Shown piece by piece: positions 19,519 to 28,773 of a DNA stretch of 64,000 nt; the stretch's first letter is position 1, and each line of letters starts with the position of its first letter. A program made the translations under genes and the position numbers. The stretch comes from Candidatus Thorarchaeota archaeon (GTDB taxonomy: Archaea; Asgardarchaeota; Thorarchaeia; Thorarchaeales; Thorarchaeaceae). A model generated the notes under the pieces. It was not told the DNA's origin. It did no database searches and worked only from the letters and a program-made list of their open reading frames with translations. The stretch covers positions 1 to 64,000 of the forward strand of contig JBHIAE010000002.1 in assembly GCA_046758445.1 (NCBI GenBank), written 5' to 3'.

Positions 19519-21012
19519 TCAGAAGAAATAGTCTCCGTAGTTTCTGGACGACGACCCTCTCCTTGGTAAGCTAGGAATCCGACCGTCGTCCATGTCAATC
19601 CCTTTGCTCAGGGTTTCAGCTCTCTCAACATGCTCAGGAGTGATTAGGTCGGCCTCATCTTGCGTTGCAAGATCCCCTGCTATCCTGACCAGTCCTCCTA
19701 GTTCGCGAAGGCGAAGGGTGAAGGCATCGCGTTTTCCGTCAAGCACATTGGCCATTCTTTGGGCAACCTGCAGAACTGACTTAGCTGACTCAACAGAGAG
19801 ATGCGGAATCCTGCCGTCTTCCAAGACTGTCTGAGCCATGAAACGCACCAATGAATTGGCGTTCTCAGTCGTCTTCTCCATCCACGAATCAAGCATTATC
19901 TCGTAGCCGTACCCACGTATTCGAGACCTCAAGGGGGGGAGTATCTTCGACAAGTCCTCCAGATTGCATGATGCGAAGAGCAAGAAGTCGCACGGCACAT
20001 CATCGACACGTACAGCCGCTCCAGAGCTACTAGGGTTATGGCCAGAAATGGGATAGACACGATCTTGCATCGCAGTGAGTAGGTGTTTCTGGTAGACTCC
20101 TAAGGCCGTTATCTCATCAACGTAAAGAATCCCCTCATGAGCCTCATGGATCGCTCCAGGAATCACCATCGTGTGAGGGGCAGTTCCCAAAGGCTCAGTG
20201 TTACCGTATGGGTCGTGTTTAACGTCACCGAGTAGCTCTACCGGGCTAGTTCCACTCACTCTCACAAATCTCGAAGCGTTAATCGAAACCAGAATGTGAT
20301 CGGCATGTTCCTGATTATTCGGAACTACTGGACTTAGGCCGCCATCACGAAGGTAGACCACTCTTATTGTGTCCTCACCGACCCTGTCGTAGGTGATGGT
20401 GTGAGGAATCCCTTCAATCTTCTCACACCGTTTAATGCTTGTGAGCGCTGGTTCCTTAATCACATCTAGGGTTCGGAAAAGCCCCGAGAAAGACGCATAC
20501 TCATGAGGTCCTTTGTCTGTCCAGTCGCAGCGCTTCGATGACTCGCACTCCATGCAGACACTTTGGCTGGGAAGAGAATAGCTCCCGCATTTTGAACATC
20601 GATATCCCATTCTCACGGCAATCTCAAATGGCAATTCATCTGGTCTGATATAGATGGTGTCTGGTTTGCTCAGCGGCTCCTGACTTCTTTCCTGTGTGAC
20701 CTTCCAAACAGCAACATCTGGTCGATTTGGTTGGGAAGCATTGTAACGGATGAGGATCTCTTCCTGCGGCTTGGGGAGGAGAGTGTAGGCTGCCTTTGCA
20801 AGCATAGACTTGCCGATTCCTGGTACACCCGCGAGGAGTACATGTCTACGCTGTCCAACGGCAGAATGGACTAGTGTGACAGCGTGTTGTTGACCAACAA
20901 TCCTATCGAACGGATCGTTCGAAATAGACACTTCCGCTGTCGACCTTATCTCATCAATAACGGCAGCTGTTTCATCGAGCTTCAAGTTTCTCGTATGCGC
21001 TTTCAGGCGCAA
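19519..21012 (-). CDS. LonB-type AAA+ ATPase lacking a protease domain, with zinc-ribbon insert
   Basis: IVGQQHA, GVPGIGKSMLAKA, LLGDVKHDPY, GAIHEAHEGILYVDEI, PLRSRIRGYGYE, TLRLRELGGLVR; ends about 30 aa after the AAA lid. Confidence 0.85.
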   Translation of the reverse strand: MRLKAHTRNLKLDETAAVIDEIRSTAEVSISNDPFDRIVGQQHAVTLVHSAVGQRRHVLLAGVPGIGKSMLAKAAYTLLPKPQEEILIRYNASQPNRPDVAVWKVTQERSQEPLSKPDTIYIRPDELPFEIAVRMGYRCSKCGSYSLPSQSVCMECESSKRCDWTDKGPHEYASFSGLFRTLDVIKEPALTSIKRCEKIEGIPHTITYDRVGEDTIRVVYLRDGGLSPVVPNNQEHADHILVSINASRFVRVSGTSPVELLGDVKHDPYGNTEPLGTAPHTMVIPGAIHEAHEGILYVDEITALGVYQKHLLTAMQDRVYPISGHNPSSSGAAVRVDDVPCDFLLFASCNLEDLSKILPPLRSRIRGYGYEIMLDSWMEKTTENANSLVRFMAQTVLEDGRIPHLSVESAKSVLQVAQRMANVLDGKRDAFTLRLRELGGLVRIAGDLATQDEADLITPEHVERAETLSKGIDMDDGRIPSLPRRGSSSRNYGDYFF

Positions 21013-21055
21013 ATATGAAACTGTGAGTATTACTGGAGCCAGTCAGACTGCGCCT

Positions 21056-22339
21056 TCATAGACCCAAGTCATCAAAAGTGACTATTCCTAGGCTTGATGG
21101 CTTCTTCTCAAGATCTGCAACTGCCGCTCCAATGATGAGCCGAGCCTTCTTAGCACTTGCAATATCCACTAGACGCTGTGTGACTACACCATCAAACACT
21201 ATTGTGTCTGCAGTTTCTAACTCTTCGAGTGTCTTTGCCAACTCGGCAACGCCACATTCCACGATGACCTTCTTGTCGGAATCGAAGACGACGGCCTTGA
21301 AGGCCTCCTTGACATCATCAATCTTCTTGATGTAAGTCTCGTCCACGTCTTCCTTGGTTATACTAGGTTTTCTTCTCCGTGTCCTGTAGCTGGGTTCCCG
21401 TGTCCTCTTCTGTGCAATCGGAGCCTCAGTTCTTCTTGGTCTGACCTCTCTCTTAGCTCTCTTTTCTGGTCGTTTCCTGGCGGCAGGTGCTTTCCGGTCG
21501 CTTACCAGAGCCAGCGCCTGATCAGCTGGAATCTGAGTCTGAAGGGCCTTCGTTACCTCCCTTCGAGTTAGTTCCTCAACTTCTTTGCTTTCAGGTGCTC
21601 TCGCAATGAAGTCGACCCTGGCCACCTGCATCAGTTCACGCAGGATTAGGTCACCACCCCTATCCCCGTCTAGGAAAGCTATGACTCTCTTCTTCTTCGA
21701 CTTCTTGGTGAGGTCCTTTATCGTGTTTGGAACATGCGTACCCTCTACAGCAATTGCATTGTTGATGCCGCATTTCATCAGGTTGAGCACGTCAGCTCTA
21801 CCCTCTACGATGATTATCTCATCACTACTGGCTAGCTCAGGACCTGCAGGCAGATTGTCTTTACCGAATTTCGTGATTCCTGCCTTTCTTCCCTTTGTGA
21901 CTGCAGTTGTGATCTCCCCTGTTCCAGGTGCAATCTCTTCCTCCCAGCCTTTCAAGATGCTGATTGCTCTACTTACGACCTTTCGACGCTTGGCACCTCG
22001 AATGTCTTCTACCTTCTCCAAGGTGACCTTGGCCGTACAAGGCCCAACTCTGTCCACAGTTTCAATGGACGCAGCAAGGATTGCTGTTGCAGTCTTGTTC
22101 AGCGATACAGGGATTACAATCTCTCCCTTGCTGTTTCCTCCCTCTGATCTTATCACAATCTGGATTCTACCGATACGGCCCGTGCGCTGTAGTTCTCGTA
22201 GGTCTAGATCCTCACCTAAGAGGCCCTCTGTCTGTCCGAATATCGCTCCCACTACATCCGGTTTGTCTACTACTCCATCAACCTCAATCTTTGCTCTTAT
22301 GACGTATTTTGCAGTACTTTGATCAAAGTCTGTTCCCAA
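21056..22339 (-). CDS. dnaG: Archaeal DnaG (exosome-associated, TOPRIM)
   Basis: VDGVVDKPDVVGAIFGQTEGLLG, IIVEGRADV, FLDGDRGG. Confidence 0.95.
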   Translation of the reverse strand: MGTDFDQSTAKYVIRAKIEVDGVVDKPDVVGAIFGQTEGLLGEDLDLRELQRTGRIGRIQIVIRSEGGNSKGEIVIPVSLNKTATAILAASIETVDRVGPCTAKVTLEKVEDIRGAKRRKVVSRAISILKGWEEEIAPGTGEITTAVTKGRKAGITKFGKDNLPAGPELASSDEIIIVEGRADVLNLMKCGINNAIAVEGTHVPNTIKDLTKKSKKKRVIAFLDGDRGGDLILRELMQVARVDFIARAPESKEVEELTRREVTKALQTQIPADQALALVSDRKAPAARKRPEKRAKREVRPRRTEAPIAQKRTREPSYRTRRRKPSITKEDVDETYIKKIDDVKEAFKAVVFDSDKKVIVECGVAELAKTLEELETADTIVFDGVVTQRLVDIASAKKARLIIGAAVADLEKKPSSLGIVTFDDLGL

Positions 22340-22744
22340 TGATGGTATCTCCTCTGATGTAATGCCACGTATCCCTACGTTTCATTCCGAAGCAGCTCTT
22401 CGGTCCGCGCCTCTTCATGCGCTTGGATCTATCTCCCATCTCTTCACGTTTCACTAGGAATGTATCCGCTGCGTTTGACTGTGAGTCTGACCTATGCGCC
22501 TACAACAGTAGTATTGTGATTCTGATGATGTGATGAATGATAAATGTCCTAAGACATGTGCGACGGTTTCTCAGTGACTCGCCTGAGATTGGAGTCAGGG
22601 AATCCGTAGCTCTTATGATATGATGATTGTAAAGTGCGACTGAATCCTGTTCAGTGCCGCCTTACAGGTGAGGTCTGCAATTTTAGCGTATTTGAAGATG
22701 TCGCTAGTACCCCCTTTGTCCTAGTACAGTTTCTGACCAAAGGC

Positions 22745-23105
22745 GGGGCTGCCGGATTGCGCGCCAATTGACAAGGCTAATAACAGTTGACTCGAATGTC
22801 ATGGTGTTCAGGAGAGATCGCCCATTCACGAGGGCGCACTGAGGCACAGCCTGTGATGTGTAGCGCAAGGGGTGGGTAACAGCCTGAACGGTTGCCTGCC
22901 AAACACCAAAAGGACGAGCCACAACGGACTCACAAGATGAGGATTCTTTCCTTAGATGAACTGTGGGCCACCCAGGTTTCGTACATTGACAGGCGGGTCG
23001 ATGCCAATATGCCCGTCACGAGACAACTCGGCAGAGCCGGATGCATTTCCGATGCTGTGAAGCTGGGAGTTAGTGGTATGGGACACAGGCATCGGCCACT
23101 CTCAC
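22745..23105 (+). ncRNA. Candidate large structured ncRNA of unknown class
   Basis: No convincing ORF; nested long-range stems and two possible pseudoknots; G-U-rich stem 22871-22880/22891-22900 favours the + strand. Confidence 0.45.
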
Positions 23106-23117
23106 TTCTACTCATAA

Positions 23118-23801
23118 CTAGTCTTTAAATTTCATTTCACGGGATTCACCCGGATTCATAATCTCTACAGATACGTCTTTGGTCATCTCGGCTACAAGTC
23201 TCTGGAATTCCTTGGGATCTTGCTCAATCACGGGAAAGGTGTTGTAGTGCATTGGGACTACCACCTTTGGCTTCACGAGTTTTGTTGCATACGCGGCCTC
23301 TTTCGGTCCACATACGTAGTAGCTCCCTATAGGACTGAGAAACAAGTCGATTCCATACATGTCGCTGAACAATCCCATGTCCGAGAATACGCCGGTGTCA
23401 CCCGGATGATAGACAGTCCCGCATGGAAACTTGACCACGAAACCAGTCGGGGCGCCTTTGCCGCATGAATGGAATGCATGAACAAGGGTCACGGTGATAT
23501 CACCTATGTTCACACTGCCGCCGACATTGAGGGTGTGCGCATTTTCAACACCTTCACTCTTTGCTTGTATCGCAAGCTCATTTATCGCAGTGAAGTATGC
23601 ACCAGTCCTCTTGCATATCTCCACTGCCTCAGCATACCCATGATCTCCATGGTCGTGTGTGACCAGTACGATGTCGGCTTTCTCCACATCATCAACTTTC
23701 ATGGGTGAGGTCGGGCCATTCAACCAGGGGTCTATGAAGACAACTCTCTCACCACATTCAATCTTGAACGATGCGTGACCTAGATATGTGACTCTCATCA
23801 T
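23118..23801 (-). CDS. Metal-dependent hydrolase, metallo-beta-lactamase fold (UPF0173)
   Basis: YLGHASF, IDPW, VTHDHGDH, YHPGDT, PMHYNTF. Confidence 0.9.
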   Translation of the reverse strand: MMRVTYLGHASFKIECGERVVFIDPWLNGPTSPMKVDDVEKADIVLVTHDHGDHGYAEAVEICKRTGAYFTAINELAIQAKSEGVENAHTLNVGGSVNIGDITVTLVHAFHSCGKGAPTGFVVKFPCGTVYHPGDTGVFSDMGLFSDMYGIDLFLSPIGSYYVCGPKEAAYATKLVKPKVVVPMHYNTFPVIEQDPKEFQRLVAEMTKDVSVEIMNPGESREMKFKD

Positions 23802-23968
23802 CTCTGATCTCCATCTCTGTATTTCGGATTCTAGACACGATGTAGGGGTTCTTCACTTATATTGCTCACTCCGGCGCCATAGATATTCAGAACTGACCAT
23901 CTAGGACAAGCTCGTTGGATAGAACTCCTTAAGATACAGCATGCGGCCGAGATTCTGAGGTTGTAGAG

Positions 23969-24862
23969 ATGTCTTCTCCCCACCCTGACTTCATCAAGGC
24001 CGGCCGCATTGCTGCCCGAGTCTTGAAAGAAACTGCATTGCAGGTCAAACCAGGCGCGAAGATACTCAAGGTGTGCACCTTTGCGGAGAAGAAGACGCTC
24101 GAGTATGGAGCAGGCATCTCGTTTCCGTGCAATGTTTCTGTCAACGAACAGGCCGCACATTACACAAGTCCTCACGGTGATACAAGGAAGTTTCCCGACA
24201 AAGGGCTTGTGAAAGTCGACATTGGAACACATGTAGATGGACACATAGCCGACACTGCGATAACGGTAGACCTAGATGGATCGTTCGAGAGATTCATTGC
24301 GGCGGCACAGGCAGGACTAGATGCCGCGATTGACGTAGTGAGACCTGGGGTACATGTCGGAGAAGTAGGAGCAGCAATTGAGAAGGCTATCAAGAGCCAT
24401 GGTCTGCGTCCAATTCACCAGCTTTCTGGCCATCAGCTGAAACAGTGGAATCTACATGCCGGAAAGAACGTTCCAAATGTCCGAACCCGAAGAAGTTCCA
24501 AGATGAATTTCGGTGAAACCTTTGCAATAGAACCATTCGCAACTGATGGAAACGGAACAGTCAAGCCAGGATCAGACTCCTACATCTTTGCCAATGTGAT
24601 GTCAAGCAAGAAGAAGCTTGACAGCCCAACGACTCAGATCCGGGATGCAGCCCGTCGAAGGTTTAACACACTTCCATGGGCCTCAAGATGGCTAGACAGC
24701 TCAAAGGTCGATGTGAACACCGCACTCAATACTCTTCTTAGGGCTGGCGCCATCAGAGATTACCCAGTTCTCATTGAGGGCAAGGATGGCATGGTCTCTC
24801 AGTTCGAGCATAGCCTCTTCGTTGGCGAGAACGGTGCGATTGTGACAACACTGAGAGATTGA
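23969..24862 (+). CDS. map: Methionine aminopeptidase type II
   Basis: FPCNVSVN..AAHY, DIGTHVDGHIADTA, LSGH, FAIEPF, SQFEHS. Confidence 0.95.
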   Translation: MSSPHPDFIKAGRIAARVLKETALQVKPGAKILKVCTFAEKKTLEYGAGISFPCNVSVNEQAAHYTSPHGDTRKFPDKGLVKVDIGTHVDGHIADTAITVDLDGSFERFIAAAQAGLDAAIDVVRPGVHVGEVGAAIEKAIKSHGLRPIHQLSGHQLKQWNLHAGKNVPNVRTRRSSKMNFGETFAIEPFATDGNGTVKPGSDSYIFANVMSSKKKLDSPTTQIRDAARRRFNTLPWASRWLDSSKVDVNTALNTLLRAGAIRDYPVLIEGKDGMVSQFEHSLFVGENGAIVTTLRD

Positions 24863-24929
24863 CACGTTGCCAAGAATGTGTGAAATAGTATCACTCCGGC
24901 CCAAGACTCTGATTCATCGTTGGAGGCCC

Positions 24930-25298
24930 TTAAATCACATATTTCTCCTCAGGCTCTTCTCTAACAACATAGACCCCGTGTATGGTCATTGAGCTCTGAC
25001 ACTTGGGACATGGAACGTCGACGGGCTTGAGAATGTAGTCGCCCTTCTGAAAGTCCCTGATCTCCTTGAAAGTGCATTCTGGGTTGTCACACCTTATCTC
25101 TGTAACAGTTGGCGGTGGTGGTTTCCTCTCCTCTGCTCCCCTACCACCAGCATTGAACAAGGAGAATCCTATTGACATCACAATCAGTCCAATGAAGTAG
25201 TAGATCCAAGACAACTGTGGATCTGACATCCCGAAGAACACGACCACTACTCCTGCAGCAGCAGTCACTGCACCGACAATCTTGGTTATTATGCCCAT
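24930..25298 (-). CDS. Two-TM membrane protein with C-terminal zinc ribbon
   Basis: Two hydrophobic helices, CDNPEC...RDFQKGDYI...CPKC. Confidence 0.75.
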   Translation of the reverse strand: MGIITKIVGAVTAAAGVVVVFFGMSDPQLSWIYYFIGLIVMSIGFSLFNAGGRGAEERKPPPPTVTEIRCDNPECTFKEIRDFQKGDYILKPVDVPCPKCQSSMTIHGVYVVREEPEEKYVI

Positions 25299-25308
25299 GG
25301 TTCACACC

Positions 25309-26469
25309 CTATAGTCCTATGCCCATTGAATTGCCAATTCCAGCAAGTATTATCCTGTCACCTGGCTTGGTTCTTTTGAGGATTGCATTGCTGATTCTCT
25401 GGATCACTTCCGGAACTGAATCCAGGATCTTCTTGTCCATAACACCGACAGCGGCGGCCTCGTCCTCCTTGACAACAATCGCCTCTATGCCGATATCGTT
25501 GTCCGTTGCAGTCTGCTCGATGGCATGCTTCTCCGGACCGGGGTCTCCAATTGCTGCCCCTGTTCCCTCAGACACACGACCCATCTCCTCACCCTCGAGT
25601 TTCAGGGCTGCATCCACAGTGATTATTCTGGAGATCTTACCTTTGTTCTGCTCGACAAGTTTCTTGACCGCAAAACCAGGCTTGCCCACAGTGCCCCCAG
25701 GACCGGTGGCCCGGAGGGCATAGACTGTTCGTTCTTCGACCTCTATCGGATAGTAGCCAACCTCGCGTGACACCTCATGAACGTAGGAGTCGGCACTCGC
25801 ACCATACTCCCTCGCAAACCTTGTCACAATAAGCGCGCCGATGCCGTCGCCAATGGGCTTTCCTTCAGAGAACGCATCGACTGCATCAAAGTATGCCTTA
25901 GCAAGTCGCATTATGTCAGGCATTTGCATTTGAATCTGCATGACCATGATCTGGCTGCCTGTCTTCTTCCCTAAAATGTAGAAATGACGCACAATTCTGT
26001 ATATTAGGTCCAGAACTTGCGACACCTCAAGGGTGTTCTCAAGGGTCTGTTGTTCTGGAAGTGTAGCCTCTGGAGCCAGTTCAGAAACAAACTCCTGAAA
26101 GCGGTCTCTCCTCTCATCTAGGAGGTGGTCAAGCCTTACGAGAACGCCCGCAGGATCCAAGTCTACAGGCATGATTGTAAAGTAGTCCAGCCAACGTTCA
26201 ACCTCACCGGTCACTTCATCCTCGGTCCTGCCAAAGGCCTTGAATGTCTCAATGGCGGACTCCTTTGACTCGTTCCTCATTCTCTTTAGCTCTACGAGTC
26301 CTGCACGAATCTGACCAAGCCACATACGCATCTGCAGTTTGGCTCCGTACAGCATGTAACCTATGAAGAATACAAAGAAGAGTATGTTGAAAATCCAGCC
26401 GAAATCGCCTTCTTGACCCGGAAACTGCATCTGAATCATCCTGTCTGTCATCGGTCGTCCTTTAACCAT
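25309..26469 (-). CDS. DUF1512-family protein
   Basis: PVDLDPAG, PIGDGIG, GPGGTVG, ITVDAALKLEGE, GIGNSMGIG. Confidence 0.8.
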   Translation of the reverse strand: MVKGRPMTDRMIQMQFPGQEGDFGWIFNILFFVFFIGYMLYGAKLQMRMWLGQIRAGLVELKRMRNESKESAIETFKAFGRTEDEVTGEVERWLDYFTIMPVDLDPAGVLVRLDHLLDERRDRFQEFVSELAPEATLPEQQTLENTLEVSQVLDLIYRIVRHFYILGKKTGSQIMVMQIQMQMPDIMRLAKAYFDAVDAFSEGKPIGDGIGALIVTRFAREYGASADSYVHEVSREVGYYPIEVEERTVYALRATGPGGTVGKPGFAVKKLVEQNKGKISRIITVDAALKLEGEEMGRVSEGTGAAIGDPGPEKHAIEQTATDNDIGIEAIVVKEDEAAAVGVMDKKILDSVPEVIQRISNAILKRTKPGDRIILAGIGNSMGIGL

Positions 26470-26596
26470 TGCTATCTCGACATTCTTCGGATACGACTCT
26501 CAAGGAAGGGACCCGAGAACAGTAGCTCTGAAATGGGAAAATGTGGCCAACTTAATTAGCCTTTGCGACCATTAGTAGTCGAGGGCGGAATCGCCA

Positions 26597-26932
26597 ATGT
26601 TGAAACGAGTGAGAGAGAGGGTTAGGAATTATCTTCTCTTTCTTCAAACTCTGGACCAAGAAAGGGGTGGGTGGGTCCGTCGTGTTGGTTTCCCGGTTGG
26701 CATGATTTTCATAGCAGGCGTCATAGTCTTCCAAGTGGTAACATATACCCAAGTGATTCCTGCAGACCTGATGCCTATCTTCATTATCGTCTATGTTGTT
26801 GTGCAGTTAGTCTTGGGTGTCATCATGATCGCGGCCTATCTAGTGGCCTATGGAAGAGCTGGTTGGTACTGCATGACAGTAGCGGGAATAGTTGGTGTCC
26901 TGTTCATAGTTGTGTGGCTTCTCTGGAGATGA
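26597..26932 (+). CDS. Small 3-TM membrane protein (island cargo)
   Basis: Three hydrophobic helices; converges on 5S fragment A. Confidence 0.6.
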   Translation: MLKRVRERVRNYLLFLQTLDQERGGWVRRVGFPVGMIFIAGVIVFQVVTYTQVIPADLMPIFIIVYVVVQLVLGVIMIAAYLVAYGRAGWYCMTVAGIVGVLFIVVWLLWR

Positions 26933-27125
26933 CACACAGAAACAGCTGGTAGCAGAGATTAACCAACATCGTTCAGTCCATCACCAGATGTCCTTTGGTG
27001 ATAGAAGATCTCGCCATGTGATCATGGAATTTGATATCGATTGCATCCTGCTCTAGTGAGGAATGATGAGCATGGAAATGGTGGAACGCAGAAGTTTCTT
27101 GAGTCGAAACTCACTCAAAACAAGA

Positions 27126-27183
27126 AATGGAAAATGTGGCAGCCTGCAGGCCTGTCACGCGCTCGCGCAGATCTCCTGCAACG
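27126..27183 (-). repeat. 5S rRNA 3'-end fragment A (inverted)
   Basis: Minus strand CGTTGCAGGAGAT-----CTGCGCGAGCGCGTGACAGGCCTGCAGGCTGCCACATTTTCC; 20-nt exact match (27151-27170) to 5S 29371-29390. Confidence 0.85.
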
Positions 27184-27313
27184 GAACCACATCAATTCAA
27201 TATAGGTAATCCTTGAATCTACTCTCTGAAAGACTCGTTAGAGGTGTGGACGATTCAAGCTTCCATGAAAAACCGCTGGCAGTCACAGGACCGAAGGTCC
27301 AGATGCGTCGGAA

Positions 27314-28369
27314 CTATCCAGCGCATAGAGGACTGCCAGCTAGCTTCTCCAATCTCTTATACTTTGTCCTCACCAGCTCATCTCTCATGAACCTGTATGG
27401 CTCTTGCTTCTTCAGCATGTGGAAACACGCCACTGCGATCTCCCTTGCAACTGCCACATAGGCCTTGGACTTGCCTCTTCTCTCGCTTATCCTCCTGAAC
27501 TTCTTCTGGAAGTGGTCGTCGTATCTCACAGCTGAGTGTGCCACCTGAACCAGTGCCCATCTTGGTGATGGCTCCATGATAGAGCCTCTCTCCACTCTGA
27601 GTGACCTTCGGAGCCAGACCGAGCCAGCTGGCGAGCTTGCTCGAAGTCGGGAACCTGTCGATGTCGCCGATCTCGCTGACAAACAACATTGCGACATAGT
27701 AGTCCACTCCGGGGATGGTCATCAGTAGTCTGATCCTCTCATCATCCACTGCTCTCTGTGCTATTGTCCTCTCCACATCCTCTACGAGTCTACTGAGGGC
27801 CTCAATCTGATTGAGATAGGTCTGTAGGATGAAACCTTCAGTTGTTGGCAGCTCTAGTTTCTTCAGCCACTTCATGCCAGCCTTCCCCCACAGAGTGCTT
27901 CCGGGATATCGTGGGACATCACACCTGTCAAGGAGCGCGTGGATTCGATTCTTGACCCTGGCCCTATCACGGACCAGGTTCATCCTCACACGTGTCAGCT
28001 CACGGACATCTCTGACTTCGGCAGGGGGCACATAGCACGGAGCCACTAGGTCTGCCCTCAACAGGTCTGCGAGCATGGCAGCATCAACCTTGTCACTCTT
28101 CAGTCTGGCCTCAGCAATCGCTTTTGTCTTCGAGGGATTGGAGAGGATGACCTCCACACCATTCTCCTCAAGTGTAGGAACAGCCTGAGCCACAGGTTTC
28201 CGGTGCTCTCAATCACAGCCTTGGCAGGTCTTGCTCCAATGGCCTTGAGTAGTCTGGTGAATCCCTTTCGGGTGTTGAGAAACCTGAACTCTCTCAGGAT
28301 CTTTCCATTCGTAGCTTTGATACAGGCATAGCAGAACTTCTTGTGCACGTCGATTCCAATGTAGATCAG
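27314..28369 (-). pseudogene. IS110 transposase with two frameshifts
   Basis: IYIGIDVHK, AVIESTG, KSDKVDA, TIPGV, GLAPKVTQSG, RWALVQ, AYVAVAR split over three frames; breaks near 28177 and 27558. Confidence 0.9.
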
Positions 28370-28396
28370 TCTGACCACCTCATGCATCAGCTCTAT

Positions 28397-28497
28397 GCGG
28401 CAGCCTTCCATTCGCTCTCAGTGGAGCATTTCGATAGCCGCTCTGTCTGGCCCAGTCTCCTTCACGACCTCACTCGGGTCAAGCTTAAAGTCGGCCA
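28397..28497 (-). ncRNA. Candidate IS110 bridge RNA (two stem-internal loop-hairpin modules)
   Basis: Module 1 (28448-28497) loop UUUAAGCUU matches the flank TTCAAGCTT. Module 2 (28397-28441) loop strands UAUCG and AUGGAA match the predicted circle junction TATCGTTTCCAT. Confidence 0.5.
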
Positions 28498-28773
28498 GCC
28501 GACGCATAGGGGACTTTCAGTCATGGTTCTGCTAGAGGTTTTTCATATCGTTTCCTCCCAAAGGGCAGGCTTGGTGCTTTGGGGGGACTGGGATACTACG
28601 AACTGGCTATAGTAATGAGTCCAGAACCTTTCTCCGTCCCAGACTGTGCCAAGGTCGGAGTCCATGAAATTGTAGTACTTATGCACTCCGAACTCCTCCC
28701 TCTCCTGAGTGATTGAGTCTACCAAGTACAAGATGCTAAGGTGGTACCAACAATGACTCTCAAAAACAGTTCG

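Larger units (their letters stand above)
27261..28555 (-). mobile_element. IS110-family insertion sequence (decayed)
   Basis: DEDD transposase; about 48-bp imperfect inverted repeats 27265-27311 and 28499-28546, both starting ATGAAAAACC; TTCC at both junctions (27261-27264, 28552-28555). Confidence 0.85.

Noticed and set aside
22530-22643. C/D box sRNAs (GTGATGA...CTGA; ATGATGA...CTGA)
   Set aside because: They lie in a low-complexity TGA-rich tract, have no clear C'/D' pair, and no guide target could be verified.
22704-22735. ORB-like G-string (ACAAAGGGGG on the minus strand), suggesting a replication origin
   Set aside because: No TCCA-TGGA core, no repeats, and no cdc6/orc1 nearby.
22745-23105. 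RNase P RNA, SRP RNA, tmRNA or group II intron domain V (GAGCCGGATGC at about 23034)
   Set aside because: Hallmark motifs are missing: no GAGGAA..UCC/P4 partner, no SRP helix 8 motif, no T-loop/CCA end, and no 3' strand to complete domain V.
28556-28731. 62-aa ORF next to the IS left end (GTVWDGERFW)
   Set aside because: Probably a gene remnant, and its track stop lies inside the IS; no product can be supported.
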